From the human T2T-CHM13v2.0 reference genome, Homo sapiens, in NCBI RefSeq assembly GCF_009914755.1, contig NC_060930.1: a stretch of DNA of 64,000 bases. One strand, given 5' to 3'. The notes below the pieces were generated by a model. That model was not told the DNA's origin. It ran no database searches and saw nothing but the letters and a program-made list of their open reading frames with translations. The position numbers and the translations under genes were made by a program. This document shows positions 1-13,180 of this stretch, piece by piece (within the stretch, counting starts at the first letter, position 1; each line of letters begins with the position of its first letter).

Positions 1-530
1 TTGACAATTTTGAGGAAGTTATTCTCCAGGCTTCTCCTCTATTAGGATTTTTCTGATGTTCTTCTCATGATTAGACTAGATTTATGGGATTTAAGAAATA
101 AGACCGCAAATATAAAATTCCTTTTCATGTCATATCCAGGAAACATAATATCATCATAACTTATCACTGTTTATGTTTACCTTCATCACCTGCATGAAGT
201 GTGTTTGTCAGATTTATCCATTGTAATATTACACTTTTTTCCCTGTTTCCATATCGCACTCTTTAGAAGGAAGTCATTATATGTAGTCTTAAAGGATGGC
301 AAGTTTTATTCTCTTCTTAGGTTAGAGTATCTACATAACTTACTTGGAATTCTGCAAAGTAAATTTATCTCTTCTCCCTCATTGAATAATAATCATTTAT
401 TTATATCTGTATGAACTCATGCATAGCTTTTTATACTTTGACTTATAATCCAATACTTAAAAAAAAGTTTTTCTGCTCAACTTGTTCTAGCTTTAGCCAT
501 TGGGAGCACATTTCATTGGCTCCTGCACCT
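1..530 (-). mobile_element. Old L1 3' region fragment (L1MC4/L1ME-like)
   Basis: Resembles the antisense L1MC 3' end (ctcatgattagact..., acttatcactgtttatgtttaccttcatcacctg..., gtgtttgtcag); highly diverged. Confidence 0.55.
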
Positions 531-699
531 GTTTGTCTATTATTTGAAAATAGATAACCTCTATAACTTTCAAAAATATTGAACTCTTTTACAAAGAGTT
601 TTTAATGTTTTTAAATAAGAAAAATGTCCTTCTTTAATACCATTACTATATGAAATATTAAAATATACAATTTTGACACTAATATATTAATGAATTCTC

Positions 700-1436
700 A
701 TTTTTAAAATCCTCTTCTATTTCTGAAATAAACCCTTCTTTATCTCAATATTTACTTTCTAATAGACTAGTAACTTGATTTGCTAATATTTTACTAAACA
801 TTTTATCATTTAAACTCAAATATGAGCTAAGTAGCTTCATTATATTTAATTATTTTATTTTCATTTTTTAATTTTTGTGTTATCATTTAGTATTAAGATT
901 ATGCTACCTTCATAAAACCTAATGAAGATGTTTTCACTTTTTCTATACTTTCAAAAATTGAATATACTGAGGGAAATAGTAGTAACTTAATGGCTTAAAA
1001 TAACTACTCTTTAAGACCATTTGACTCTGCAATCTTTGGGAAAGTTAACTGATTTTTGTTATTTCTTCCAGTATTATTGAACAGTTAATACTTTCTGCTT
1101 TCTATTATTTAATTTTGTTTCAAAAATATCTCTAGTCTCATATATTTCCAAATAGAGGTGCACATATTATTCTTTTGTAATTTTCAATAATTTATTTTTT
1201 CTGATGATAAATACCATTTTTCTTTCAAATTTGTTTGTTAGTTCTGCAGGGGATGGGGTTTCTCTTTTACTTACTTAATCTTGCCATAGGTATAATTTTT
1301 CCCAAAGAAATACATCAATTTTATTTATCCATTCTGTATTCAAAATCATTTGTGTGTGCTTTCCTATTTATCAGTTCCTCCTCTTTTTTTCTTATGTTTG
1401 TTTTGTTGTAACATTTCTAGTTGTTAGGTAAAATAT
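700..1436 (-). mobile_element. Old L1M ORF2 remnant; host of the L1PB, resumes at about 7597-7700
   Basis: Degenerate antisense ORF2 motifs (gaaataaacccttc, gatttgctaatattt). Continues as atttaaagctatgaattt after the L1PB. Confidence 0.5.
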
Positions 1437-4400
1437 ATAGTGGTTGTACTAGCTGGCATTCCCACCAGCAGTGTAAAAGCGTTCCCCTTTCACATCAATG
1501 CCATCATCTATTATTTTTTGATTTTTTAATTATGGCTATTCTTGCAGGAGTAATGTGGTATCTCATTGTGGTTTTGCTTTGCATTTCCCCGATAATTAGT
1601 GATGTTGAGCATTTTTTCATATGCTTGTTGGCCATTTGTATATCTTCTTTTGAGAATTGTCTATTCATGTCTTTAGCACACTTTTTGATGGGATTGTTTT
1701 TTTTTCCTGATTTGTTTGAGTTCCTTGTAAGTTCTGGATATTAGTCTTTTGCCAATGCATACTTTGTGAATATTTTCTCCCACTCTGTGGGTTGTCTGTT
1801 TACTCTGCTGATTATTTCTTTTGCTGTGCTGAAGCTTTTCAGTTTAATTGGGTCCCATCTATTTATCTCTGTCTTTTTTCCAACTGCTTTTGGGTTCTTG
1901 GTCATGAAGTCTTTGCCTAAGCCAATGTCTACAAAGGTTTTTCCAATGTTATCATCTAGAATCTTTATGGTTTCAGGTCATAGATTTAAGTCTTTGATCT
2001 ATCTTGAGGTGATTTATGCATAAGATGAGAGATGAAGATCCAGTTTTATGCTTCCACATGTGGCTAGCCAATTATCCCAGCATCATTTGTTGAATAGGGT
2101 GTCCTTTCCCCACTTTATGTTTTTGTTTGCTTTGTCAAAAATCAGCTGGCTGTTAAGTATTTGGCTTTATTTCTGATTATGTTCTATTGCTCTATAAGCC
2201 TATTTTTATTCCAGTACTATGCCGTTTTGGTGACTATGGCCTTATAGTATAGTTTGTAGTTGGGTAATGTGATGCCTCCAGATTTGTTCTTTTTGCTTAG
2301 TCTTGCTTTGGCTATGCAGACTCTTTTTTGGTTCCATATGAATTTTAGGATTGTTTTTTCTTGCTCTGTGAAGAATGATGGTGGTATTTTGGTGGGAACT
2401 GCATTGAATTTGTAGACTGCTTTTGGCAGTATGGTCATTTTCACAATACTGATACTATCCATCCATGAGCATGGGATGTGTTTTCATTTGTATGTGTTGC
2501 TTATGAATTCTTTCAGCAGTGTTTTGTAGTTTTTCTTGTAGAGGTTTTTTACATCCTTGGTTAGGTATATTCCTAAGTATTTTATTTATCTTTACAGCTA
2601 TTGTAAAAGGGGTTGAGTTCTTGATTTGATTCTCAGCTTGGTGATTGTTGGTGTATAGCAGAGCTACTGATTTGTGTACAATAATTGTGTATCCTGAAAG
2701 TTTGCTGAATTCATTTAGCAGTTCTTGGAGCTTTTTGGATGAGTCTTTAGGGTTTTCTAGGTAGATGATCATATCATCAGCAAAGAGCAACAGTTTGACT
2801 TCTTTACCAATTTGGATGCCCTTTATTTCTTTCTCCTGTCTGATTGCTCTAGAGAGGACTTCTGGTACTATTTTGAATAGAAGTGGCAACAGTGGGCATC
2901 CTTGTCTTGTTCCAGTTCTCAAGGGAAATGCTTTCAACTTTTCCCCATTCAGTATAAAGTTGGTTCTGGGTTTGTCATAGATAGCTTTTACTATTTTAAG
3001 ATATGTCCCTTCTGTGCTGATTTTGCTGAGAGTTTTAATCATAAAAGGATGCTGGATTTGGTTAAATGCTTTTTCTGTGTCTATTGAGATAATCATATTA
3101 TTTTTGTTTTTACTTCTCTTTATGTGGTGTATCACATTTATTGACTTGTGATATTAACTTGCATATGTTAAACCAACCCTGCAGCCCTGCTATGAAACCC
3201 ACTTGATCGTGATGGATTACCTTTTTGCTATGCTATTGGATTTGGTTAGCTAGCTGAGGATTTTTGCATCTATGTTCATCAGGATACTGGTCTGTAGTTT
3301 TCTGTATTTTGTTATGTCCCTTCCTGGTTTTTGTATTAGGGTGATACTGCCTTCACAGAATGATTGAGGGAGGATTCCTTCCTTCTCTATCTTTTGGAAT
3401 AGCTTCAGTAGGACTGGTACCAATTCTTCTTTGAATATCTGATAAAATTTGGCTGTGAATCCATCTGGTCCTGGACTTTATTTGTTGGCAATGTTTTTAA
3501 TACTGTTTCAATCTTGCTACTTTACTTGTTATTGGTCTGTTCAGAGTTTCTATTTCTTTCTGGTTTAATATAGGAGGGTTGTATATTTCCAGGAATTTAT
3601 CCATCTCTTCTAGGTCTTCTAGTTTGTGTGCGTAAAGCTGTTCATAGTAGCCTTGAATAATCTTTTGTATTTCTGTGGTATTAGTTGTTATACCTCCCAT
3701 TTCATTTCTAGTTAAGTTTATTTGAGTCTTCTCTCTTCTTTTCTTTGTTAATCTCGCTAATGGTCTATCAATATTGTTTATCTTTTCTAAGAACCAGCTT
3801 TTTGTTTCATTTATCTTTTGTATTGTTTTTCTTGTTTCAATTTCACTTAGTCCTGCTCTGATCTTTGTTATTTCTTTTCCTCTGCTGGGTTTGGGTTTTG
3901 ATTGTCCTTGTTTTTCTAGTTCCTTGAAGTGTGATCTTAGATTGTCCATTTGTACTCCTTCAGAGTTTCAATGTAGGCATTTAATGCTATAAACTTTCCT
4001 CTTAGCACCACTTTTGATGTATCCCAGAGGTTTTGATAGGTTGTGTCACTATTATCTTTCAGTTCAACTAATTGTTTAATTTTCCTCTTGATTTCATTGT
4101 TAACCTAGAGATCATTCAGTAGCAGATTAATTTCCATGTGTTTGTATAGTTTTTAGGGTTCCTTTTGGAGTTGATTTCTAATTTTATTCCACTGTGATCT
4201 GAGAGAGTGCTTAATATAATTTTGATTTTCTTAAATTTATTTAGACTTGTTTTGTGGCCTATCATAGGGTCTATCTTGAAGAATGTTCCATATGCTGATG
4301 AAAAGAATGTATGTTCTGCAGTTGTTGGGTAGAATGTTCTGTAAATATTTGTTAAGTCCATTTGTTCTAGAATATAGTTTAAGTCCATTGTTTCTTGGTT

Positions 4401-4875
4401 GACTTCCTTGATGACTTCTCTAGTGCTGTCAGTGGAGTATGGAGTCCCCCACTACTATTGCGTTGCCATCTTATCTCATTTCTTAGATCTAGTAGTAATA
4501 GTTTTATAAATTTGGGAGCTCCAGTGTTAGGCACATGTATATTTAGGATTGTGATATTTTCCTGTTGGTCTAATCCTTTTGTTAAATAATGCCCCTCTTT
4601 GTCTTTTTCAACGGTTTCTTTAAAGTCTGTTTTGTTTGATATAAGAATAACTACTCTGGCTCACTTTTGGTTTCCATTTTCAAGGAATACCTTTTCAACT
4701 CCTTTATCTTAAGTTTATGTGAGTCCTTATGTGTTAGGTGAGTCTCTTGAAGACAGCAGATACTTGGTTCATGGATTTTTATCCACTCTGCCATTCTGTA
4801 TCTTTTAAGTAAGCATTTAGGCCATTTACATTCAAAGTTAAGTATTGAGATGTGAGGTACTGTTGTATCCATCAT
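1437..4875 (-). pseudogene. Disrupted L1 ORF2 (endonuclease/reverse transcriptase) of the L1PB
   Basis: ATGATG start at 4875; EN motifs CCLQETHL and SDHSGIKLE; RT motif LFADDMI; many stops and frameshifts. Confidence 0.85.
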
Positions 4876-4914
4876 GCTAGCTGTTGCCTGAATACCTTGG
4901 GTTTTTTTCATTGT

Positions 4915-5955
4915 GTTATTGTTTTATAGATCCTGTGAGATTTATGCTTTAAGGAGCTTCTATTTTAGTATATTTCAGGTTTATTTCAAGACTCAGGACT
5001 CCTTTTAACATTTCTTGTAGTGCTGACTTGGTAGTGGCAAATTCTCTCAGCATTTGCTTGTCTGAAAAAGATTTTATCTCTCCTTCATTATGAAGCTTAG
5101 TTTTGCTATATACAAAATTTTTGGCTGATAATTATTTTGTTTAAGGAGGCTAAAGATAGGGCCCCAGTCCCTTCTGGCTGGCAGGGTGTCTGCTGAGAAA
5201 TCCACTGTTCATCTGATAAGTTTTCCTTCATAGGTTACCTGATGTTTTTGCCTCACAGCTCTTAAGATTCTTTCCTTCATCTTGACTTTAGATAACGGGA
5301 TGGCTATGTGCCTAGGTGGCGATCTTTATGCAATGAATTTCCTGGTGTTCTTTGAGCTTCTTGTATTTGGATGTCTACATCTCTAGCAAGACCAGGGAAA
5401 TTTTCTTTGATTATTCCCTCAAGTAATTTTTCTGAACTTTTAGATTTCTCCTTTTCCTCAGGAATACCAATTATTCTTATGTTTGGTCATTTAACATGAT
5501 CCCAAATTTACTGGAGGCTTTGTTCATTTTTTAAATATTTTTTCTTTGTCTTTGTCAGATCCGGTTAAGTCAAAAGACTTATCCTCAAGCTCTGATTTTC
5601 TTTCTTCTACTTGTTCAATTCTATTGAAACTTTCCAGTGTATTTTGCATTTCTCTAAGTGTGTCTTTCATTTCCAGAACTTGTGATGTCTTTTCTTTATG
5701 ATATCTATTTCTCTGGAGACTTTTTCACCCATATCCTGTATTGTTTTTTAAATTATTTAAGTTGGTTATCACCTTTCTCTGGTGCATTCTTAAGTAGATT
5801 AATAATCAACCTTCTGAATTCTTTTTCTGGCAATTCAGAGATTTCTTTTTCATTTGGATTCATTGCTGGAGAGCTAGTGTGATCTTTCAGGGGTTTTATA
5901 CAACCTTGTTTTGTCATATTACCAGAATTACTTTTCTGTTGCCTTCTCCTTTGAG
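4915..5955 (-). pseudogene. Disrupted L1 ORF1 of the L1PB
   Basis: ORF 5753-5998 carries the L1PB ORF1p N-terminus (SGNMTKQG...ELPEKEFRRLII). Confidence 0.75.
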
Positions 5956-8094
5956 TAGACTGCTTCAATGGAAAGATCTGAAACTCAAGGGCTGCCATTC
6001 AGATTCTTTTGTCCCACAGAGTGAGCCCTTGATGTGGTGCTCTCCCTCTTCCTGTAAGTATAGGGCTTCCTGAGAGCCAGACTGCAGTGATTGTTATTGT
6101 TCTTCTCAGTCTAGCCACCCAGCGGGGCTACTGAGCTCCAGGCTGGTGCTGGAGAACGTCTGCAAAAAGTCCTGTGATGTGATTCATCTTCAGGTCTCCC
6201 AGCCATGAATATCAGCACCTGCTCCATTGGAGGTGGCAGAAGAGTAGACTCTGTGGAAGTCTTTGGTTGTACTTTTGTTTAGTACACTGGTTTTCTGGAA
6301 TCCTGGTTATGCTAACAGTTAAGTTGTCATGTAAACAGACTGAAGACCTCTGGCTAGCCAGGGTATTGCAGTTAGTGGAATTAGCTATTGTTTTCTCCTT
6401 CACTGGAGCAGTGTTGTTCTTGTCTAAGTTGCTGTAATGGCTTGAATTGGTTGGCCTCCAGCCAGGAGGTGGCAGTTTATCAAGAGAGTTCCAGCTGCAG
6501 TAGTAGAAGGGGGATATAATCTTGTCCTACATTGGCCAGGATGAGTACTCTAGTTTCTCAGGTGATGGGCAGGGCCATAGAGCTCCCAAGATGTTATGCC
6601 TTTTGTCTTCAGCTACCAGAGTGGGTAGAAAAAAACCATCAGGTGGGGGCAGGGTTAGGTGGGTCTGAGCTCAGACTCTCCTTGGGTGAGACTTACTGTG
6701 ACCACTATAGGGGATTGGGGGTGGTTCTCAGGCCAATGGAGTTATGTTCCCAGGGGGGTTATGGCTGCCTCTACTGTGTCATAGGGAAGTGAAGGAAAGC
6801 CAGCAGTGAAAGGCCTCACCCAGCTCACACACAGCCAGCAAGGCCAGTCTCACTCCTGCCATGCCTCCCTAATCATGCTGAGTTTATATCCAGGCAGCCT
6901 TCAAGCAGGGCTGAGATCTTACCCCAGGCTACAAGCCTCCCCACTGAGAAAGCAAGCAGGGCTCTCAGACCTTGCCCCTCCCCACCTGCCCACACCTTTG
7001 GCTGTGGCTTCTGCACTCATCTGTACTTCCCTTTCACCCTCCCAACACTGGATTCTGCTCAGGAAAAGTTCATGCTCAGTTGAAATGATTACAAAGTTCA
7101 GCTAGGAGCTTCCTTCACCCTGTGGACCCTCCCAAATTCCTCTGGCTGCCTTCCCGTCCCCAAGGACCTCTGTGAGATAAGGCCAATAATGGCTTCCCTG
7201 GGCTTGAGCTGAGAACTGGGAGTGCTTACAGGGCCCTTCCCATTGCTTCCTCTATTTTCATATGTTGTTCAGCCCCCTAAATCCATTTCAGCTCTAGGTA
7301 AGGTTAAATCCTTCTCCAGTAACCTGGATTTTCAAGTTTTCCAGTGGGAATGTGTGTTTGGAGGCTGACTTTTTCCCCTCTCACACTTTGGGAACTCACA
7401 GTTTTTTGGCTGTCTCACAGCATTTGCAGCAGTAAGCTGCTTCTTTCGAAGGATCTATGAATTCTTTCTATTTTCCTGGTATGTTCTTACAGTTGTTCTT
7501 GAAGTAAATGTTCACAGTGTGAGTATTTAGATGCTGTTCTTTCCATCTAAGTGGGATCTGCATGTTAGTCGTGTCTCCTAGCTGCCTTTTGTTTCTCCTA
7601 TCCTATATTTAGTATATGATTTAAAGCTATGAATTTGCTTTTGTGTACAGAGGTGGCTGTATCTGTGAAATTTTAATGACTAGCCTTTTCACATTTAATA
7701 TTGTCTATATGATCAATTTAGAATTAGAAAAGGCAAGTCTTTATTTAGTAAGAAAATTGTAGAATAACATTCATAAATCTCGAGTTTTAAGAAAAGTAAT
7801 ATTTTGGAATAGGTGGGAATTAGGACAAGAACATAAGTGGTCTCTAGGGCTTAATGATACATTTTTTAATTAAAAGAAAGGTTGGAGGGAGCCTCACTTT
7901 AAGATGATAAAAAGAAACCTTGAATTTCTATAGTCTAATTACCTAAACAGACTTAATTTGCTGACTAGTGAAGATTCGATTTTGGTATGCTATTTATTGT
8001 AAAAGATTTTCTCTCTTGTGTTTTATTTTCTCTAATGTAAGATATAGGTGGCCTTTATGCATCTGAGATATAATTTTTAATTTGTAGGTTGATG

Positions 8095-8612
8095 GCCTTA
8101 AAAATTCTTTTTTATAATCCCCAGAAAGAAATGCATTTTACATTACAACTCTGTGAACACATGCCCACACACAAATTAAGTAACAGTTTTACAAAAAAAA
8201 AAAACTTACCTTTACAAAATGCACTGATATTCAGTGCAGCCTTGAACAACAAGAGTTGTTGTTCTCTTCCTTATGATTTTCTAAATAACATTTTTTCTCT
8301 AGCTTTATTGTAAGAATACAGTATATAATATATATAACATACAAAATATACATTAATCACCTTTCTGTGTTACCAGTAAAGCTTCTGGTCAATAGTGGGT
8401 TATTTGTAGGTAAGCTTTTGGTGAGTCAGAAGTTACACAGGGATTTTCAATTTCTCAGGGAGATCAGCACCCCTAACCCACAAGTTGTTTAAGGGTAAAC
8501 TATATTTTTATTCTGTTCCATTTTATTTTATAATTTTTAAAAATACTAATTTTGAGCCGCTAGGATCAAATAATTATTTAATTGTATAAGACCCTTGGTT
8601 TACAAAACACTG
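8095..8612. mobile_element. hAT-Charlie-type non-autonomous DNA transposon, interrupted by a Tigger2a
   Basis: aagaaatgcattttacatt..., cttacctttac..gcactgatatt and a terminal ttt...aaaacactg TIR-like end; family assignment from memory. Confidence 0.5.
8232..8502 (+). mobile_element. Tigger2a-like (TcMar-Tigger) element, internally deleted
   Basis: TIRs cagtgcagccttgaacaac / gttgtttaagggtaaacta followed by TA; body tttattgtaagaatacagtatataata...cccctaaccc. Confidence 0.8.
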
Positions 8613-11173
8613 CTCTGGGCCTTGTTAACACTTACATTTTTAAGCCTTATTCATTGGAAAAGTACATGGTGTCACAAAACTTTTTTTGTTTAACGTATTT
8701 GTTTGTTTTACAATGTTGTTAATGTGTTTGACAATAGGTCTATGATCATCATTTAAATGGAGAATGGCATTACCAAGATTCGTTTCTTTTCTTCTACTTT
8801 TTTGTATTTTCAGAAATACACATAGTCTGTGATGTTTTCTGAGCAATAACAAAAATTGTTCAATGTGCTCTATTCTCTTACAATTCTAAGTTCCTAGAAG
8901 ATGATCTTTTATTAGCATTGATAAATCTTGAACACAAGAAAAGCATTGATATTTTTTCAATGTTGCCAAATGTGGCAGTATCAGCTGAGGAGTTTTCCTC
9001 TGGCTTCACACAGGATCTTTCATTCTCTTCCCCAGTAGCTTGAGAGCAGGGCAGTAGAGGGAGGAAGAGACTTCAGTTACAATGTTGAGCAATCTTTGTT
9101 AAAAGGACCTGGGCTTTGAAGTTCTTGCGTCAAGTTTCACTCAACATGGCAAAGTATTATTCTCTGAGATATGCTTTCCTATTTTGGATCATGCCCCAAA
9201 TTCATTGTTAGTTCTGAAATTTTTACTTCTCTCAGGGAGGGGCAGCCCTTGTTCATTGTACCTGAATCATTAATTTCAAACATGGTGACTTCCCCTAACT
9301 CCAGTCAGGGCAAATATAAGGTCACAGACTCAGGTTGCTTCTCTCCAGATTGGGGAGTGTAAGACAAAATTCTCAGGAATTTTCCTACCTGTCACTAGGG
9401 CTCCTGAGGAGTGGGTTGGGTTTAAGAGGCTCACCATTCCACAGTCATGTTTCTTTCCTTAGCTATAATTCTTTGAAGCACTGGGTTTTGTCCCATTCTG
9501 GTTTTAATTGCTGCTGTGGACTTTTTTATTTGTTGGAGGGGAAAGACGTGGGGGTGCTGATTTGTACTCTCTTATTGTCTTTCAGTTCATTACGAATTGT
9601 AGTAGGGATATTCTTCAGGGAAGCTTCATTTCACTCTTATCCAGGAAATTTCTATTAAATTTTGTAACCAGCTTTATGAAGTTATGTATATCTAACTTTA
9701 TGTTAACTAGTTCTTTCCAATTAAATTACTCTGCTGAAATCTAGTTATAGAATGTCTTACACGTATCTAAATTAAAGGATATAGCATTCTCATCTTGAGA
9801 GAGAAAAAAATCTGTAATCACAAATGTGATTCTCCTTTCAAAAAGAAAGTCAGTTTTGATTAAAAGAAAATTATGAACCCTCTCATCTATTTATAAGGGA
9901 ACTTTTATTTTTTTATTCCAGTACTCTGTTCTACATATCTTCTCTTTGCTGGTAAGAGAGGTTAGAGGATACACAGTAGTTGTGACCTGATGAGCTAAAC
10001 TCAGGTCTATTTTACAACTATTTTCTGATATAATGAAATTATTTTTGTTGTTTTTCCACTATTCAATGTATAGAAATAAGGACTATACTACTATTAAATT
10101 CATTTAATATGAAGTCCTGTTTTTAGCCATCTGCACTGTAGACTTCTACATGCTTTTCCAAAAGTTAAGAATTATAAAGTATGTTTTTAATGTGATTGTG
10201 GTAATTCATAAATCAAACAAATGTAATTTTTGAATTTTTAATTTTCCTCCCCAAACCCGTATTCTTGTTTCCACCAGTGTCCAAAAACTGTTACCAAAAA
10301 ACTGTTAGTTCCAGTGTTTGAACAGCAGCTCTTTGTCTCTGCTGTGACATGTTTAAAAGAAAAATTGCTTCTAAAGTCACAAATCCTGCAACACAATTCA
10401 AAACTGTTTATTCTTTAACAAGGAACCTGTAGAAAGAATGTGCTATTAGACTGTTTATCTTAATTGTTTTCTTCTTGCTCCCTGTATCTTATCTTCTCAT
10501 CTCCTTATTTTATGCCCTTTTCATTTTATTTGAGTTCTTCAATGCCTATAATTTTCTGCTCCTTTTTCATGGTGGTCAGGTCATTGTGCACCCTACCAAG
10601 AACACCAAATAGCATATAAACTTTTCTGTGATTTCCAAGGTAAATCATTTTGAGCTCTATGCCCTTCCATGAGCCTACACATGATTTTTTTTCCACTCTC
10701 CAATTGTATTTCTATTGGCCCTATGTAAGTTTTGTTCTGTGTATTTATCTTCAAATATAAAGACGTGGTATTTCCAAAAGACTAGGGAAATAGCAGGTCA
10801 TTGGCTCTGCTCATTCTTTGGCTGGATGCCAGTCAAAATTCCATTCGAGGCTTACTGCAGGTTAACATGTGCAGTTTCTAATTTAATTCCCAGTGTCTTC
10901 CAGGTCTTCATGTGCTTCAGCTAAATTTAGGTGAGCTTGGCTTCAAATTCCACCTCCTAGGTGTCTGATAATCCTAAGAGATTGTGCACAATTTGCAATC
11001 CACGGCATTTCCTGAAACCAAGACTCTTCCTATTTTCAGACTACTTACCTCTGCTTTAAATGTTCCAGGATGCAATGATCACCTCAGTCTCTCCCTACTT
11101 CCTAACTGGTGAGAGTTGAAAACACTTGCATCCACAGAGCTTCACTATCCAAACGGAGGAGTCAGGACAGCTG

Positions 11174-11601
11174 TGTCAACATGACTTAAGTATTTATGCT
11201 AGGACATTATTAAAGGAAGATAAGGATGTCAATAAATACATAACTTCATTTATTGCTTTAGTAAATTCCTGAAAACCAGTTTATCAAAAAAAAAATCTAA
11301 GCAGCTTGCCCAGGAAATATTTTACTTATTAGGAATCATTCAAGATCCTCACACCATTGTAATTGTCAATCCTAAACTATTATGTTAGGAACTTTGCAAA
11401 ATTCTAACATGTTTCCACCTTGAAATACCAACCTTAAGCCACTTAAGTCTGGATAATCTTTATAAAAATCCTCCTGTGATCTGCCTCTTCTATGACACTT
11501 CTAAGATGATCTAGGTAGCCTTCTGCTTTCTTGCATTAGGTCTAATAAATGTAGTTCTGATTGGTCAACAGGTTTTCTGATAGTCTTCTGAAGTGTTGAC
11601 A
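11174..11601 (+). mobile_element. Solo ERV1 LTR (LTR37-like)
   Basis: Termini tgtcaaca...tgttgaca (8-bp inverted repeat, TG..CA), TATA-like tttataaaa near 11460, AATAAA near 11545, U5 gtcaacaggttttctg. Confidence 0.7.
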
Positions 11602-13123
11602 TCTCCTAGGGATATATATCATCCTAATGAGCTCACTTTATTTTAATGTAGAGAAAAAAATGGGAGTATTTTGACCTCGTCCATGAGTATGAGTAGAAGA
11701 CTCACTTTTCTAGTCCTCTAGCTGATTTGCCCCTAGGTCTCAATCAGAGATTAGTAACTGAGGTAGATATCATCCATTATTTCATATAGGTAAGATTTGA
11801 TGTGGCAAAACACAGCTAGGCTAGGATAATAGTTGTATTGTTATCAATCCAGACATTGGTAATATTGGTCTTTGGAGTTTCTCCAAGACTCTACAGTAGG
11901 TTGTCTACAGTAATTACATTTAGACTGTTTTCATTTTCACCACATTTTTATTTTTTTAAATATTTTAGAAGATGTTAGAAGATAGTCCATGGAGGACTTT
12001 TAGGCAGATGTCATTTTAAACCACAAATGTGTGACCCTTTTCAAAGGAAAATATTTGTGTCTATCATTCAAATTGGTCATTCGGTTTTTTCCCCTTCTGT
12101 TTATTAAACCAATATTTACTGAGTATCTACCCTGGGCCAACGATTGTGAAAGGCATGGAAGATTTTTATTCCTTACCTTCCAGGATAACATACTAAAGTA
12201 GTCTATTCAATGATAGCTTTTATATATCTATTCCTCATGTGAACATAGATTTTTCTCCCTGAGAAGAAAAAAAAAAGTATTCCATAATTTAAAGTGGGAT
12301 TAAATGTTAGTGAGGAACAAAAGGTATGAAAAATATATACAAATTATTTAAACTAGGATCAAGAGTTCTTGCCTCAAATTTAGAATTTTGAAAAGGCTGC
12401 ATTTCAAACAGGCTTATTTTATCATGTATTTTTCTAGAATAGTCTGATAAATGGTCATTTATATAAATACTTGAGAAAACATGCCATTTTCTCCAGGCTA
12501 GAAGTGAATACTAACCTGACTCCTCCATGTTGGAAGGCAGCCCCATTAAAAAATTACAGAGAACGGGTGGTTTTTATATTTGTTGGAAATTATTTTCAAA
12601 TAAATTCAATAATCATATCCTGAAATCCAGTTACACAAGGTCTATATTATGTGTACTACTGAAGTGAAAGTGACTTCTAAGAATTTTTAATATGTGCTAG
12701 TTTTCCCATCAACATAATTTATGGTTGACCAATTTCCAGAGTTTACATTAATAGTCTACATTAGTCTACTGTTAACTAAAGGCTAATAAAAAAATGAAAA
12801 GGTCATGTTAGGCCAGATTTAGTCCTCAAATTACTGCAGCAAAACATAATTTATGAAGATATGATGGGTGATCTCATCAGTGTGCAATGACCTTGTGTCT
12901 TAATTTTTCCAGGACAGCCTCTACACCAAATGTTTTGTCTTGTCATTCCATAAGAACTATTCAAAATAATTAGGTTAACTTCAGGTCAAATATCATGGTC
13001 TAATTTTCTCTGTGGTATAGTTTCCATGGAGCAAAATCCACCATACAGAACTGTATCTCTCATACTATAAATTCATTAATATTCCACAGAGAGTTTTATA
13101 ATTGATTGTATTCAGCTATGCTT

Positions 13124-13180
13124 GGTGTGAATAGTGCTGGTAGTGCTGAATATTGCTGGTAGTGCTGAATAGTGTGAATT
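13124..13180. repeat. Short tandem repeat, 19-bp unit aatagtgctggtagtgctg x about 2.4
   Basis: Units at 13130-13148 and 13149-13167, partial unit after. Confidence 0.8.

Larger units (their letters stand above)
1437..7596 (-). mobile_element. L1PB (L1PB1/L1PBa-type 5'UTR) LINE-1, 5'-intact, 3'-truncated
   Basis: Continuous antisense L1: ORF2 fragments (2455-3135 with FADD motif, 3497-3949, 4116-4388), ORF1 remnant, and an L1PBa-like 5' end at about 7540-7596. No 3'UTR or poly(A). Confidence 0.9.

Noticed and set aside
1421-6073. Plus-strand hydrophobic ORFs (1421-1744, 1766-2023, 3774-3992 and others)
   Set aside because: Antisense translations of L1; T-rich codons mimic membrane proteins.
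8783-8813. Strong splice-acceptor-like pyrimidine tract
   Set aside because: No convincing paired donor or ORF; such tracts are common in AT-rich DNA.
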